A DNA stretch of 64,000 nucleotides from an uncultured Candidatus Saccharibacteria bacterium (GCA_964615565.1 CAZTPC010000001.1:7353-71352), one strand, 5' to 3'. Shown: positions 44,883-54,471, numbered from the stretch's first letter. A program made the numbers and translations. The notes: generated by a model from the sequence alone, not told the origin.

Positions 44883-45047
44883 GACAGTATGGCATAGCTA
44901 GTTTTTTGTAGCAATACCCTGTTGTTATCTGTAAAATCGGCGACAGGGGTAGACCGATGTAAAAGTGGCATTTCTTGTTGACAGAGGTTGAGCCACCGGA
45001 GTATCTTAGGGGTGCACTAGTAACGTATAAGAGAGGGAGACAAATCT

Positions 45048-45245
45048 ATGGCTTACAGTCACACAAACTCAAAAGGAGTAACTTACTACCTTAACTCAAA
45101 GGCAGTTGTACTTCGCGGTGGTAAAGAGCAGACTATCTATTACTTCAGCAAGGACGAGCGTCCTGAAGCTACTGATCTACCAGCGGGTATGGAAGTTAAC
45201 GAAAACCCACGTAACGGTTTCCTTACCGTTAAGCGAACCAAGTAA
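45048..45245 (+). CDS. small conserved-looking hypothetical protein (65 aa)
   Basis: A TTGACA-N18-TATCTT promoter-like element and a strong RBS (agagggaga) lie upstream. A clean intrinsic terminator follows. Confidence 0.6.
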   Translation: MAYSHTNSKGVTYYLNSKAVVLRGGKEQTIYYFSKDERPEATDLPAGMEVNENPRNGFLTVKRTK

Positions 45246-45267
45246 GTATAACTACTTGTTTCACACC

Positions 45268-45297
45268 AGACCCGGGGACCACCCGGGTCTTTTGTTT
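45268..45297 (+). terminator. rho-independent terminator
   Basis: A 9-bp GC-rich stem (AGACCCGGG-gacca-CCCGGGTCT) is followed by TTTTGTTTATT. Confidence 0.65.
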
Positions 45298-46204
45298 ATT
45301 CCTGAGTTTGGGCGTTGGCCCCGAGACCATGGTCGGCATACATATCGATGCGATCAAGACGACCGGTCTTCTGTCCTAAATACTGACGGACAAATGTCGC
45401 TACGCTATCATAGCGATCGCCGTCGGTGAGTACGATAGCTGCCGGATCGGTTATGGCGATTTGCCTGCCTGTCGTGGTAAAAATACATCCCCCAAGTACT
45501 ACGTCGCAAGGGAAGGCCTTGTCATCTTGCTCTAGTATGCGGTGCAAGACATGATCGCGGTAGTCAAGCTGGACGTGGCAGTTGCCGCCACGATATAGCG
45601 GGCGGGCGCCATACACTTTCCGCAGCCTATCTCTCGATAGGGCTCGAAAGCTTCTTAATGCATCTGTTGCCGGACTCGGTCCGTTAAAGAAAACGGTAGT
45701 ACCAAAGGCGACTCCTCCTAGTGCGGGTGAGAGGTTCGCACGTCCAAGCATAGTCTCAACCCACTTTTTACCAGGAATGCAGTCAGCGTCAGTAATCATA
45801 AGGGGACTTATGCCTCGTGTTTGGCGGATATGCTGCAAGCCAATCTTGTAGGCCAGCATCTGACCCCGCCCAGTTGTTAATACCGTGGCTCCCATTTCCG
45901 CTGCAACTTCGGCAGTCCCATCCGGAGAACCGCTGTCGACTACAACCGGTTCAACGTCTACCGACGAACGTGCTAATGCTGCCAGCGTAACTGGTAGGTC
46001 GTCGGTTTCATTGTAAGTAGGTATGATTACGGGGATACCTTCACCTGGCGTAAACGCCGCACGAGTAAAGTCTCCAAATTCTAAGCTCACCTCCGAACCG
46101 GGGCGACCACGTTGCTTTACTACCTCTAGATAACTTACAGACATATGAATTTGCTTATTAAACACTCGTTGAGACAGGAAAGCAAGTTGATTATTAATTA
46201 ACAA
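45296..46204 (-). CDS. family 2 glycosyltransferase
   Basis: GT2 motifs (IPVIIPTYNE, DSGSPDGT, ITDADCIP). The start may instead be MSVSY at 46144. Confidence 0.75.
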   Translation of the reverse strand: MLINNQLAFLSQRVFNKQIHMSVSYLEVVKQRGRPGSEVSLEFGDFTRAAFTPGEGIPVIIPTYNETDDLPVTLAALARSSVDVEPVVVDSGSPDGTAEVAAEMGATVLTTGRGQMLAYKIGLQHIRQTRGISPLMITDADCIPGKKWVETMLGRANLSPALGGVAFGTTVFFNGPSPATDALRSFRALSRDRLRKVYGARPLYRGGNCHVQLDYRDHVLHRILEQDDKAFPCDVVLGGCIFTTTGRQIAITDPAAIVLTDGDRYDSVATFVRQYLGQKTGRLDRIDMYADHGLGANAQTQE

Positions 46205-46231
46205 GTTAAGCTCGTTTGATATAGTGGATGT

Positions 46232-47011
46232 ATGACAAAAGCAAACAAAGCTGCCAGTCGACCAATGCTCGAGGTTACTGGCCTTACTAAGAAATACGAT
46301 GATAAAACTGTCGTAAAGGGCATAAGCTTTACTGTTAAGAAGGGAGAGATCTTCGGGATTCTCGGCCCGAACGGAGCCGGTAAGACAACAACATTAGAAA
46401 TGATTGAAACGCTTCGAGAGATCGATGGTGGTCAGGCGCTAGTTGATGGCGTAGACGTAGCCGAAAACCCTCAGGTAGTAAAGTTTATCATTGGAGTACA
46501 GCCACAGAGCCCTGCGTTTATGAGCAATGTAAAGCTAACTGAACAGTTAGAGCAAATGGCTAGCGCGTATGGTGTAAAGGTGAATGCCAAGAAGCTTTTA
46601 GATGAGGTAAACCTAGGTGACAAAGCTAATGCCTATGTAGAGAACCTGTCTGGAGGTCAAAAACAACGCTTTAGCGTAATTGCTTCGCTAGTCCATGAGC
46701 CAAAAGTTTTTTTTCTGGACGAACCGACCACTGGCCTTGATCCACAAGCACGCCGTCACCTCTGGGATTTAATACGAGAGATACAGGCAAAGGGGGTCAC
46801 CGTGATACTTACGACTCACTATATGGACGAAGCCGAGCTACTGTGTGACCGAGTGGCTATCATGGATAGTGGCAAGATTGTCACTATTGATACTCCTGCA
46901 AACCTTATCAAACAATTGTTATCTCGAGGCTTTAAGAAGAACCAAAAGGTTCAGCAGGCTAATCTAGAAGATGTTTTTATCGACCTAACTGGCAAGGAGT
47001 TGGAGGATTAA
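46232..47011 (+). CDS. ABC transporter ATP-binding protein
   Basis: Walker A GPNGAGKTT, ABC signature LSGGQKQR and Walker B FFLDEPTTGLD. Confidence 0.9.
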   Translation: MTKANKAASRPMLEVTGLTKKYDDKTVVKGISFTVKKGEIFGILGPNGAGKTTTLEMIETLREIDGGQALVDGVDVAENPQVVKFIIGVQPQSPAFMSNVKLTEQLEQMASAYGVKVNAKKLLDEVNLGDKANAYVENLSGGQKQRFSVIASLVHEPKVFFLDEPTTGLDPQARRHLWDLIREIQAKGVTVILTTHYMDEAELLCDRVAIMDSGKIVTIDTPANLIKQLLSRGFKKNQKVQQANLEDVFIDLTGKELED

Positions 47012-47012
47012 T

Positions 47013-48113
47013 ATGAACTTTCTAGCTATAAAAACCTTTGCAAAAATCGCTGTTCGCCGTGCGTTCCGCGACAAAACAGCAATATTCTTTGTCTTTATGT
47101 TTCCGTTAATTTTTCTGTTTATCTTTGGTGGGATATTTGGGGGTAATAATGACCTTAGCTTCAAGATTGGTTTTGTGAATGAATCACAATCAACAATTGC
47201 CAAGCAACTCACCGAGCAGGCCAGCAAAGGGAAAATCTTCGAGATTGATCAGAAGATCACATCTCTAGATAACGGCAGAGAAAAGATGCGTCGTGGTCAG
47301 CTGGACGCAATTGTAGTATTACCGAAAGATTTTGGAGAGAAGGCTGCGGCAGCTACACCAAGTGGAACTGCTCAGGTGTATTACATCCAGAACAGTGAAC
47401 AGGCCGCAAATACTTTGATAACAGTCCTAGATAAGCAGCTCCAAGCTGTTAACGGGCAATTCGTAAATACCGAGATGCCATTTAAGGCGGAAGGTAAAGT
47501 GTTGAGTACACCCGGGCTTAGCCGCTTCGACTATACCTTTGCAGGGCTACTTGGGTTTTCTATTATTGGCTTAGGAATATTTGGTCCTGTAAACATCTTC
47601 CCAGAACTTAAGAAGCAGGGAGTCTTACGTCGTTTACGTACCACGCCGCTTCGAGTGTCTGAATACTTCCTGTCGAATGTTATCTCGCAAACAGTCATTG
47701 GGTTGGTCTCAGTAGCTATACAGTTCTTAGTCGCAATGGTATTCTTCGACCTTAAAATTAGCGGTAACATTATTGAGCTAGCAATATACATAATAATTAG
47801 CATTACCACCATTCTTGGCGTCGGACTTGCTATTGGTGGCTGGGCGCGCAACGAGCAGCAGTCTGCGCCGCTAACAAACATTGTAGTTTTCCCTATGATG
47901 TTCCTTTCCGGTACCTTCTTCCCCCGCTACCTCATGCCAGAATGGCTTCAGAATGTATCTACTTTCTTACCACTAACTCCTGTAATCGATGGTGTACGAT
48001 TGATTGCAACCGAAGGTAAGGGTTTGTTAGAGCTTGGACCTCAACTTGGCATCATGGCTGTATGGATAGTTGTTGTGTATACCATTGCATTCAACGTTTT
48101 CCGTTGGGAGTAG
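47013..48113 (+). CDS. ABC-2 type transporter permease
   Basis: N-terminal TM helix, a large extracytosolic loop and six C-terminal TM helices, in an operon with the upstream ATPase. Confidence 0.8.
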   Translation: MNFLAIKTFAKIAVRRAFRDKTAIFFVFMFPLIFLFIFGGIFGGNNDLSFKIGFVNESQSTIAKQLTEQASKGKIFEIDQKITSLDNGREKMRRGQLDAIVVLPKDFGEKAAAATPSGTAQVYYIQNSEQAANTLITVLDKQLQAVNGQFVNTEMPFKAEGKVLSTPGLSRFDYTFAGLLGFSIIGLGIFGPVNIFPELKKQGVLRRLRTTPLRVSEYFLSNVISQTVIGLVSVAIQFLVAMVFFDLKISGNIIELAIYIIISITTILGVGLAIGGWARNEQQSAPLTNIVVFPMMFLSGTFFPRYLMPEWLQNVSTFLPLTPVIDGVRLIATEGKGLLELGPQLGIMAVWIVVVYTIAFNVFRWE

Positions 48114-48180
48114 CAGGTATCAGCTCATCGTAGTGAGAAATCTCATAGGCTGTTAATACCATATGTGATACATGTGATAT

Positions 48181-48675
48181 ATGGGCACCAAGAAACGAAA
48201 AGGCAATACAAAGGGCGGCGGTGTATTACCGCCCGAGATCCGCTATTTTGGACCTGGCTACGAAGAAACACAGCGCCAGCTCGACGAAGGGGCCGACCCA
48301 AGGGTGCTGCAAACCCTTGGATTTCCGGTAGCTGAAGACGGTGGCCCGGACTCTTCGGTAGCGCAGTTCCGAAAGGCTACTGTGGCGGATCGTCCCAAGC
48401 GGTGGATACCCAACGAACCAGATGGCACAGATGACTCAGGCACACCGATATCTGAGCCGCTCCATTTGAGGTATCCAGATGTGTATGTTGAGGTTGACGA
48501 GGACGGTGTTGAGTTAGATGTGGCTGATCCTGATGACAGGCCAGGCGTAAGATCAGATACTGGAGCAGAAGTGATTGCCATTGACGCCGATGTGGCCTTT
48601 GCCCCAAATGCACTAGAGAAGAGGCTAGCCCAAGGTCGTCATCCTAGCACAACAGAGGTATCTGACAATACATAA
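48181..48675 (+). CDS. hypothetical acidic protein (164 aa)
   Basis: Basic N-terminus (KKRKGNTKGGG) and an Asp/Glu-rich body. Confidence 0.5.
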   Translation: MGTKKRKGNTKGGGVLPPEIRYFGPGYEETQRQLDEGADPRVLQTLGFPVAEDGGPDSSVAQFRKATVADRPKRWIPNEPDGTDDSGTPISEPLHLRYPDVYVEVDEDGVELDVADPDDRPGVRSDTGAEVIAIDADVAFAPNALEKRLAQGRHPSTTEVSDNT

Positions 48676-48716
48676 GTATTGATTTAAGATAAGCTTTATG
48701 ATATGATATAGACATA

Positions 48717-49244
48717 ATGCCAACACCAAAACGTACCAATAGAACAGGATCATCGTCACGATCTCACAGAGGTCGTAGAGGAGCTGGCCGAGATATGGCA
48801 GTATCAACCGGTTTTGCACTTCACTCCAAGGGTCCTGTAGCTGGTGAAGTAGTCGCGGAGATGATCCGTGCAACCGGAAACATAGAAAGTCCAGACGCCT
48901 TAAAATTTCAAAAAGATATTGGCGGTATTGCAACAGCTTACTTACATGGGGAATCAATACCGGCGCCCGAAGAGCCTGTAGAAGAACTTGTTAAAGAAGT
49001 CTGGCTCATGACCCCAGAAGAGCTAGCCGAACGACGTGCAAAGGTTGCAGGAGTCCGGTCGCAAGTTGAGGCGATTCGTCGACAAAAGCAAGAAGTTGCA
49101 CAGGTAGCAGCAGAAGAAGTTTTTATTCCTACCGACAGGCAGATTGAAATTGCTGATACAGCCGCAATGCTAGCAGCCCGTGCAATGTACTTCCAGGCCG
49201 TTCAGGACGGACATATTACCAAGATCCCAGAACAGTTTAGTTAA
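48717..49244 (+). CDS. hypothetical protein (175 aa)
   Basis: Arg-rich N-terminus and a helical C-terminal part. Confidence 0.5.
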   Translation: MPTPKRTNRTGSSSRSHRGRRGAGRDMAVSTGFALHSKGPVAGEVVAEMIRATGNIESPDALKFQKDIGGIATAYLHGESIPAPEEPVEELVKEVWLMTPEELAERRAKVAGVRSQVEAIRRQKQEVAQVAAEEVFIPTDRQIEIADTAAMLAARAMYFQAVQDGHITKIPEQFS

Positions 49245-49258
49245 GGTATACTTACCAG

Positions 49259-50242
49259 ATGGCCAGAACAGATCTAACAGATATAGCTCAAGACCTATCG
49301 AGCAATCAGAAAGGTCCTTTTTTTATTTTGGCGCCCATGGACGATGTGACTGACACGGTATTTCGTCAGATCATTGCCGGTACAGCTGCGCCCGATCTGT
49401 TCTTTACCGAATTCGTGAATGTCGACGGGTTACAAAGTCCTGGTCGCGAGAAGATTATTCATAAACTGCAGTTCACCGATAAAGAACGGCCGCTCATCGC
49501 CCAGGTGTGGGGCAAAAATCCCGATAACTACCGAGAAGTTGCCAAGCAGATTAAAGAGATGGGCTTTGTTGGGATCGATATCAATATGGGGTGTCCCGCT
49601 AAACCTGTTGTCCAGAATGGCTGCTGCAGCGCACTTATCAATAACCGTGAACTAGCTGGAGACATCATCAAAGCTGTCCGTGAAGGTGCGGGCCCAGACT
49701 TCCCAATTAGCGTAAAAACTCGTATCGGTTTTGGGCAAGTAGATCTAACCTGGATCGAGTTCCTGCTTAGCCACGATATCGACATGCTGACCGTTCATGG
49801 TCGTACCGTACGGGAAATGTCCAAAGTACCAGCACACTGGGATATCATTGGCGAGGTAGTGAAACTCCGCGACAAGATAGCACCAAAGGTGTTAATCGTC
49901 GGAAACGGCGACGTCGAAAGTCGGGCCCAAGGCGAACGGCTTGCCAAACAGTACGGGATAGACGGCATTATGATTGGGCGGGGAGTATTCCACGACCCTT
50001 ATGTTTTTGCTCAGCAAACTCCGTGGGCAGACATGACTAAAGAGCAAAAGATCGACCTATTTATCAAGCATGTAGAATTGTTTGCCAAAACTTGGGAAAA
50101 CGCTCAACGCCGGATGGTTACACTCAACAAGTTCTGCAAAATCTATGTCGAAGGGTTCTCTGGCGCAAAAGAATTGCGTGAGCAGCTAATGACCACCGAG
50201 AGTATCGACCAGCTATTACACATACTTGCCGAGAACAGATAA
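49259..50242 (+). CDS. dus: tRNA-dihydrouridine synthase
   Basis: Dus TIM-barrel motifs (ILAPMDDVTDTVFR, GIDINMGCPAKPV with the catalytic Cys). Confidence 0.85.
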   Translation: MARTDLTDIAQDLSSNQKGPFFILAPMDDVTDTVFRQIIAGTAAPDLFFTEFVNVDGLQSPGREKIIHKLQFTDKERPLIAQVWGKNPDNYREVAKQIKEMGFVGIDINMGCPAKPVVQNGCCSALINNRELAGDIIKAVREGAGPDFPISVKTRIGFGQVDLTWIEFLLSHDIDMLTVHGRTVREMSKVPAHWDIIGEVVKLRDKIAPKVLIVGNGDVESRAQGERLAKQYGIDGIMIGRGVFHDPYVFAQQTPWADMTKEQKIDLFIKHVELFAKTWENAQRRMVTLNKFCKIYVEGFSGAKELREQLMTTESIDQLLHILAENR

Positions 50243-50250
50243 AGCCGAAG

Positions 50251-50883
50251 CTACCGCCTAGTCAGTTGCTGTCTCAGAGTAGATGGTGAGAGTATACGTA
50301 TAGTTCGACTCTTCATGCTGACAACTCCTTGGCTACTCAGGTGACGGATAAGTTTATTCACCGTCTCCCTAGTGCTACTGACTGATTGCGCTAACTGTCT
50401 ATGGGTAATCGGTAGGCTAATAACTGTTTGATCATCGTTAGTCCGTCCGTATTGATTTGCCAGGTACAGTAGGCGAGCAACCAGACGTCGGTGGACATCT
50501 TTATAGCTCATGCCAGCCAAACGTACTGCCAGCAGTCTATTCTGGGCCTGCAATTGCTCGACATAGTCCATGTGGGTCATATCAAACGACTCAATAGGCA
50601 GCCGCAGTAAAGAGACATTACCTACACATCGGAACTGAAATGTTAAACCTGGTAATAGGTTTTTGTCGTGCTTAAGAACATGGCTATCAATAATATCTCC
50701 ACGTTTATAGAACTGAATATTCGTCTCCTGTCCGTCTACTATAGCTTCAAGGGCAACTGTACCGCTCCCAATCATATACACCTCTCGGTTAGGTGCTAGT
50801 ACTGCGTTATTCCTGAATTGTAGTTTGTCGGCTGACTTGAATAGTGTTTTCACTGTAGACCTCCTTGCCGTAGGTACTATCAA
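50251..50883 (-). CDS. Crp/Fnr family transcriptional regulator
   Basis: N-terminal cNMP-binding beta-roll and C-terminal HTH (RETVNKLIRHLSSQGVV). Confidence 0.8.
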   Translation of the reverse strand: MIVPTARRSTVKTLFKSADKLQFRNNAVLAPNREVYMIGSGTVALEAIVDGQETNIQFYKRGDIIDSHVLKHDKNLLPGLTFQFRCVGNVSLLRLPIESFDMTHMDYVEQLQAQNRLLAVRLAGMSYKDVHRRLVARLLYLANQYGRTNDDQTVISLPITHRQLAQSVSSTRETVNKLIRHLSSQGVVSMKSRTIRILSPSTLRQQLTRR

Positions 50884-50968
50884 ACCATATCTAGAAGTGT
50901 ATGAAAGTGAAGAATCTAACAGGTCCCATGTGTCGTGTAGTACTTATCTAGAACGAGTGAGACAAAAG

Positions 50969-50984
50969 TGTAAGATAAATTACA
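50969..50984. promoter_or_regulatory. 16-bp palindrome TGTAA-N6-TTACA (Crp/Fnr-type half-site spacing) in the crp-like upstream region
   Basis: Seen as tgtaagataaattaca, 86 nt upstream of the Crp-family gene start and about 245 nt upstream of the divergent DUF1801 gene. Confidence 0.4.
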
Positions 50985-51228
50985 TGTTTTTGCCGAAAAC
51001 CATTACCTTTTCATCGTGCTTAAGGTATTCTATATGTAATTAGAGTGTAATGTCAGGAGACCTTTGATGGCCACCATCAAAATAAACACAAAGTTTACCA
51101 GGGAGGGTAGAGTGTCACGTTTATCATCATTAGTTAGTATTTCGCGCCGAGCAAGTGTAATGCTTATGGCGCTTGTTTTTACTGAATTCTCGCCATGGTA
51201 AACTGTGGAGGATAAGAGGATATGAATT

Positions 51229-51651
51229 ATGGCAGAGCTGAAAACCCAAAAGAACGATGCAAATGTTGGTGCCTTTATTGATGCCATTGAAGACCCAGCA
51301 AAACGAGCGGATAGCCATAAGTTAGTTGAGATATTTGAGGAAGTCACCGGTGACCCGGCAGTTATGTGGGGCACAAGCATTATTGGCTTTGGTCAGTATC
51401 ACTACAAATACGAAAGTGGTCGAGAAGCGGGCTGGATGTTAGTTGGTTTTTCTCCACGCAAGGCTGCGTTCTCGTTGTATCTGACAACTGGCTTTGATAT
51501 GGCACCAGAGCTTTTGGCTGGGCTTGGAAAACATAAAATAGGCAAAGGCTGTCTATATATAACTCGGCTTGGCGATGTAGACGAAAAGGTTCTTCGAAAA
51601 CTTATTAGTTATAGCTATAAAGAGATGCAGAAGCGTTGGGCAACCGCTTAA
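51229..51651 (+). CDS. DUF1801 (YdhG-like) domain protein
   Basis: Matches DUF1801 over GAFIDAIEDPAKRADSHKLVEIFEEVTGDPAVMWGTSIIGFGQYHYKYESGREAGWMLVGFSPRKAAFSLYL. Confidence 0.65.
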   Translation: MAELKTQKNDANVGAFIDAIEDPAKRADSHKLVEIFEEVTGDPAVMWGTSIIGFGQYHYKYESGREAGWMLVGFSPRKAAFSLYLTTGFDMAPELLAGLGKHKIGKGCLYITRLGDVDEKVLRKLISYSYKEMQKRWATA

Positions 51652-51682
51652 GCATCGTAATCGATTAGTTTGTTATAATCGG

Positions 51683-52135
51683 TTGATGAATTCAGACCAG
51701 TCAAATTCCGAACACAAATCAAAATCCAAAAAAGTAACACTGACCTTTGATCGACGCGCCGGTATTGTAGTCTCGATTATAGTAAGTTTGTTGGCTGCAT
51801 TTTGGCTAGGTACGTTGTATGGCTCTCACAAAAACAAATCATCCTCAACCTTTGACACTCTCCGCGAGAAGGCAAAGACAACCAGTAACACTAGGTGGAA
51901 TGGCGTAGGGACAGTAACAGAGGTATCCAACTCGACCATAACTATTAAGGAAAGTGTTGGCGGCACCAGAATGGCGGCTATCACTAAGAGTACTGAAATT
52001 CTTGATCGCAAGAACAAAAAAATCAGTATAGACCAAATAAAGAAAGACCAACGTGTAATCGTTTCGGCCAACAAAGATGCAAAAGACGCCAACAAGCTGA
52101 CGGCCACTCGTATCCGCGTACTACAACAACTCTAA
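51683..52135 (+). CDS. hypothetical membrane-anchored protein (150 aa)
   Basis: N-terminal TM helix and a K-rich soluble domain. Confidence 0.5.
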   Translation: MMNSDQSNSEHKSKSKKVTLTFDRRAGIVVSIIVSLLAAFWLGTLYGSHKNKSSSTFDTLREKAKTTSNTRWNGVGTVTEVSNSTITIKESVGGTRMAAITKSTEILDRKNKKISIDQIKKDQRVIVSANKDAKDANKLTATRIRVLQQL

Positions 52136-52141
52136 AGAAAC

Positions 52142-52150
52142 TGGTATAAT
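52142..52150 (+). promoter_or_regulatory. extended -10 promoter element TGGTATAAT upstream of tRNA
   Basis: Perfect TGnTATAAT at 52142-52150, about 100 nt upstream of the tRNA 5' end. Confidence 0.4.
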
Positions 52151-52257
52151 CCCCTCTGTTAGCAGTCATTCCTTTTAGGGATAAGAGAAGCGAGCTCGCT
52201 CTTTAGGGTCGGCTTTGCCGACGAGCGATGAGAAAAACCGTAGGTTTGTCTCATACT

Positions 52258-52333
52258 GGGGGTGTAGCTCAGTGGTTAGAGCAGAGGACTCATAATCCTT
52301 TGGTCGATGGTTCAAGTCCATCCACCCCCACCA
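52258..52333 (+). tRNA. tRNA with anticodon CAT (elongator Met or lysidine-modified Ile2), 76 nt, CCA encoded
   Basis: Cloverleaf by hand: acceptor GGGGGTG/CACCCCC, D-arm GCTC-AGTGGTTA-GAGC, anticodon stem GAGGA/TCCTT with loop CTCATAA, T-arm GATGG-TTCAAGT-CCATC, then A-CCA. The G1-C72 pair argues against an initiator. Confidence 0.9.
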
Positions 52334-52342
52334 CTAAATTTG

Positions 52343-52370
52343 CCGATCGTTTGATCGGCTATTTTTATTT
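52343..52370 (+). terminator. rho-independent terminator after tRNA
   Basis: GCCGATC-gttt-GATCGGC followed by TATTTTTATTT. Confidence 0.55.
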
Positions 52371-52418
52371 GTAGTAGGATACAGCTGGTTACTTTGGCCT
52401 AGGTGATAGAATTATCAT

Positions 52419-52949
52419 ATGACTAAACAGATACTTGTTATTGGTGGGAGTGTGCGCCAGGAAGAATCCAAAAGTAACTTTATAATTGATGTTATTGAAG
52501 AGATCAGTACAAAGTTGGGCAATGTCCCGACTATTTGGAAGCTGGGGTACAAGCCACTGCCGCTAGCAGAGCATAGTTGGCACAAAAACCCGAGCCTAAG
52601 TAACGATGCTACTGTTGAAGGTCTGGCTGCAGCAATCGCCGACGCCGAAGTAGTTGTCTTGGTTAGCCCAATCTACAATGGCTCGTATTCTGGTGCTCTT
52701 AAAAATGCGCTCGATTGCATGCTTGGTGATGCCCTGGAAGGAAAACAGGTGGTGCTAGTTGGAGTAGGGTCAGGACCCACAGCTCTGTTACCATGTGTTC
52801 ACCTTCAGGATGTTGCTCGAACCATGGGCGCAGAAGTTTATCGCCGATTTGCAGTTGTCACTAGTCATGATTTCGATTTTGAGCAAAAGTCAGTCGATGC
52901 CGCCATGACAACGAGGCTAACCGAAATTATCCAAGCCGTCAGCGTATAG
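52419..52949 (+). CDS. NAD(P)H-dependent FMN reductase family flavoprotein
   Basis: Flavodoxin-like fold signature (ILVIGGSVRQES...VVLVSPIYNGSYSGALKNALD). Confidence 0.7.
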   Translation: MTKQILVIGGSVRQEESKSNFIIDVIEEISTKLGNVPTIWKLGYKPLPLAEHSWHKNPSLSNDATVEGLAAAIADAEVVVLVSPIYNGSYSGALKNALDCMLGDALEGKQVVLVGVGSGPTALLPCVHLQDVARTMGAEVYRRFAVVTSHDFDFEQKSVDAAMTTRLTEIIQAVSV

Positions 52950-53028
52950 CGCACGCCTCGGCAGCAAACTGATCACCCCATATAGATATATAGCATAAAC
53001 AAGGCAAGTATGGTATAATATGTAAATT

Positions 53029-54471
53029 ATGCCTGTCGGTGAAGTAAGATCAACTCCTAGCCCGTACGAAGCCAAGCTGCCGCATGGTGAAAACTTGTTT
53101 CATGTCTATGCTGGAGTTGGTGCCGCAGCCTTTCGACTTGCGGAGACAAACGACATTGCGCAGAAGGCGCTAGGCGAGAGTCTGCTTGCAGATACTCGTG
53201 TAATGATGCCTGGTTCCAGAGTGTATCGAGCGGTAGAGGCTGCTTTTTCTATGCCCCATTCTCACGAGTCATACAGTGCTCAGTTTGATGCCGGAGTTGA
53301 ACTCGGCGAAGCTATTGTCGCATCGACAGACGATCCTCGTCAGCGTGTTGTGACCTTTTTGAACGCCTATTTCCAAGTAATAAAAGCTAGAATCGGAACG
53401 CAGGGCACGGCCAATCTTGATAGTTATATAAACAGTATTAGCGATTTCTCGCGGGCTGTGGTGGTTACTTCGCTTCCGACTGATGAAGACTCGCTTGAGA
53501 TGCTGGTAGGGCTCGAACAAGAGGTGAAAGAGCTTGCCGACAGAGACGACATGTTTGGCTTCTTCACCCTGCCAATGCTAGCAATTTGCCAGGAGACTCT
53601 GTACCGATCAGTAGCTAGTCATGTATTCAAAAGCGAAGTCGATCCAAATGCACCTCAACCCAGTGCTGAGGAAGTGGCCAGTACAATTGATATGGCACAG
53701 GAGATCATAGCTTCTAAGAGATACGAAGTAAAACCAGCTTATACCGAAGCCTCGACTGGTGGTTCATGGTTGTATTACGATGGGCCTTCTTTCTTTATCC
53801 CACGGCAAGATAAGACATTCAAGATCGATGTTCCCGCAGCTTTCATTTTGCACTCAGATAAGACTTCGTTCCAGACAACTAAGCTCCGTTTGTTGAATAC
53901 AACACAGGGCAAACAGTCTGGTCTAATTACCAAGGAGACTGCTGCTGAGATAGTCCCTAACTTTATGCTGTACTTACAGCCCAATGGATCACTCACTTTA
54001 GACGACCTAGGCCTAAGGGAACTACGCGCCGAGCTTAAAGATGACCGTGCCTACCTCCGCGCACTTGCGGAGATTACTGCTGGGTACTTCGACCTGACAC
54101 GCTCAGCCAGCCAGGTTAGGGCTAGCGGTGTCCGAAACTTCTCGCAACTTACAAGTGATGAACGTGCAGACTACGACCCTGTGGTTGACTTGCTGTTACC
54201 TCGCAGCCGAGCACTCCGTAACTCCGCAGGTGCTACCAAGGCCGAACAGCAAGAAGACGATAAGGAAGAGGCGGAGGCCAACCGGCGAACTATCCGAAAA
54301 CACGAAGTTATAGCTCATCCTCGCATGCTACCTCCAGGCTATACGCCAAACCCAGAAGCACTTGCCCTTGCAGAAACATTAGGGATTAAGCTTGAGCCGG
54401 GCGAGACGCTGGTTAAGAAGCACAATCGCGGTAGTGGCAACGAAGTAGAAGGCCATAAAGTAGTCAGCTAG
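53029..54471 (+). CDS. hypothetical protein (480 aa)
   Basis: Long ORF with no recognised motif, immediately upstream of an ABC exporter. Confidence 0.55.
   Translation: MPVGEVRSTPSPYEAKLPHGENLFHVYAGVGAAAFRLAETNDIAQKALGESLLADTRVMMPGSRVYRAVEAAFSMPHSHESYSAQFDAGVELGEAIVASTDDPRQRVVTFLNAYFQVIKARIGTQGTANLDSYINSISDFSRAVVVTSLPTDEDSLEMLVGLEQEVKELADRDDMFGFFTLPMLAICQETLYRSVASHVFKSEVDPNAPQPSAEEVASTIDMAQEIIASKRYEVKPAYTEASTGGSWLYYDGPSFFIPRQDKTFKIDVPAAFILHSDKTSFQTTKLRLLNTTQGKQSGLITKETAAEIVPNFMLYLQPNGSLTLDDLGLRELRAELKDDRAYLRALAEITAGYFDLTRSASQVRASGVRNFSQLTSDERADYDPVVDLLLPRSRALRNSAGATKAEQQEDDKEEAEANRRTIRKHEVIAHPRMLPPGYTPNPEALALAETLGIKLEPGETLVKKHNRGSGNEVEGHKVVS

Noticed and set aside
52258-52333. Initiator tRNA(fMet) identity for the CAT tRNA
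   Set aside because: Positions 1-72 form a G-C pair rather than the bacterial initiator C1xA72 mismatch. The anticodon stem lacks three consecutive G-C pairs.
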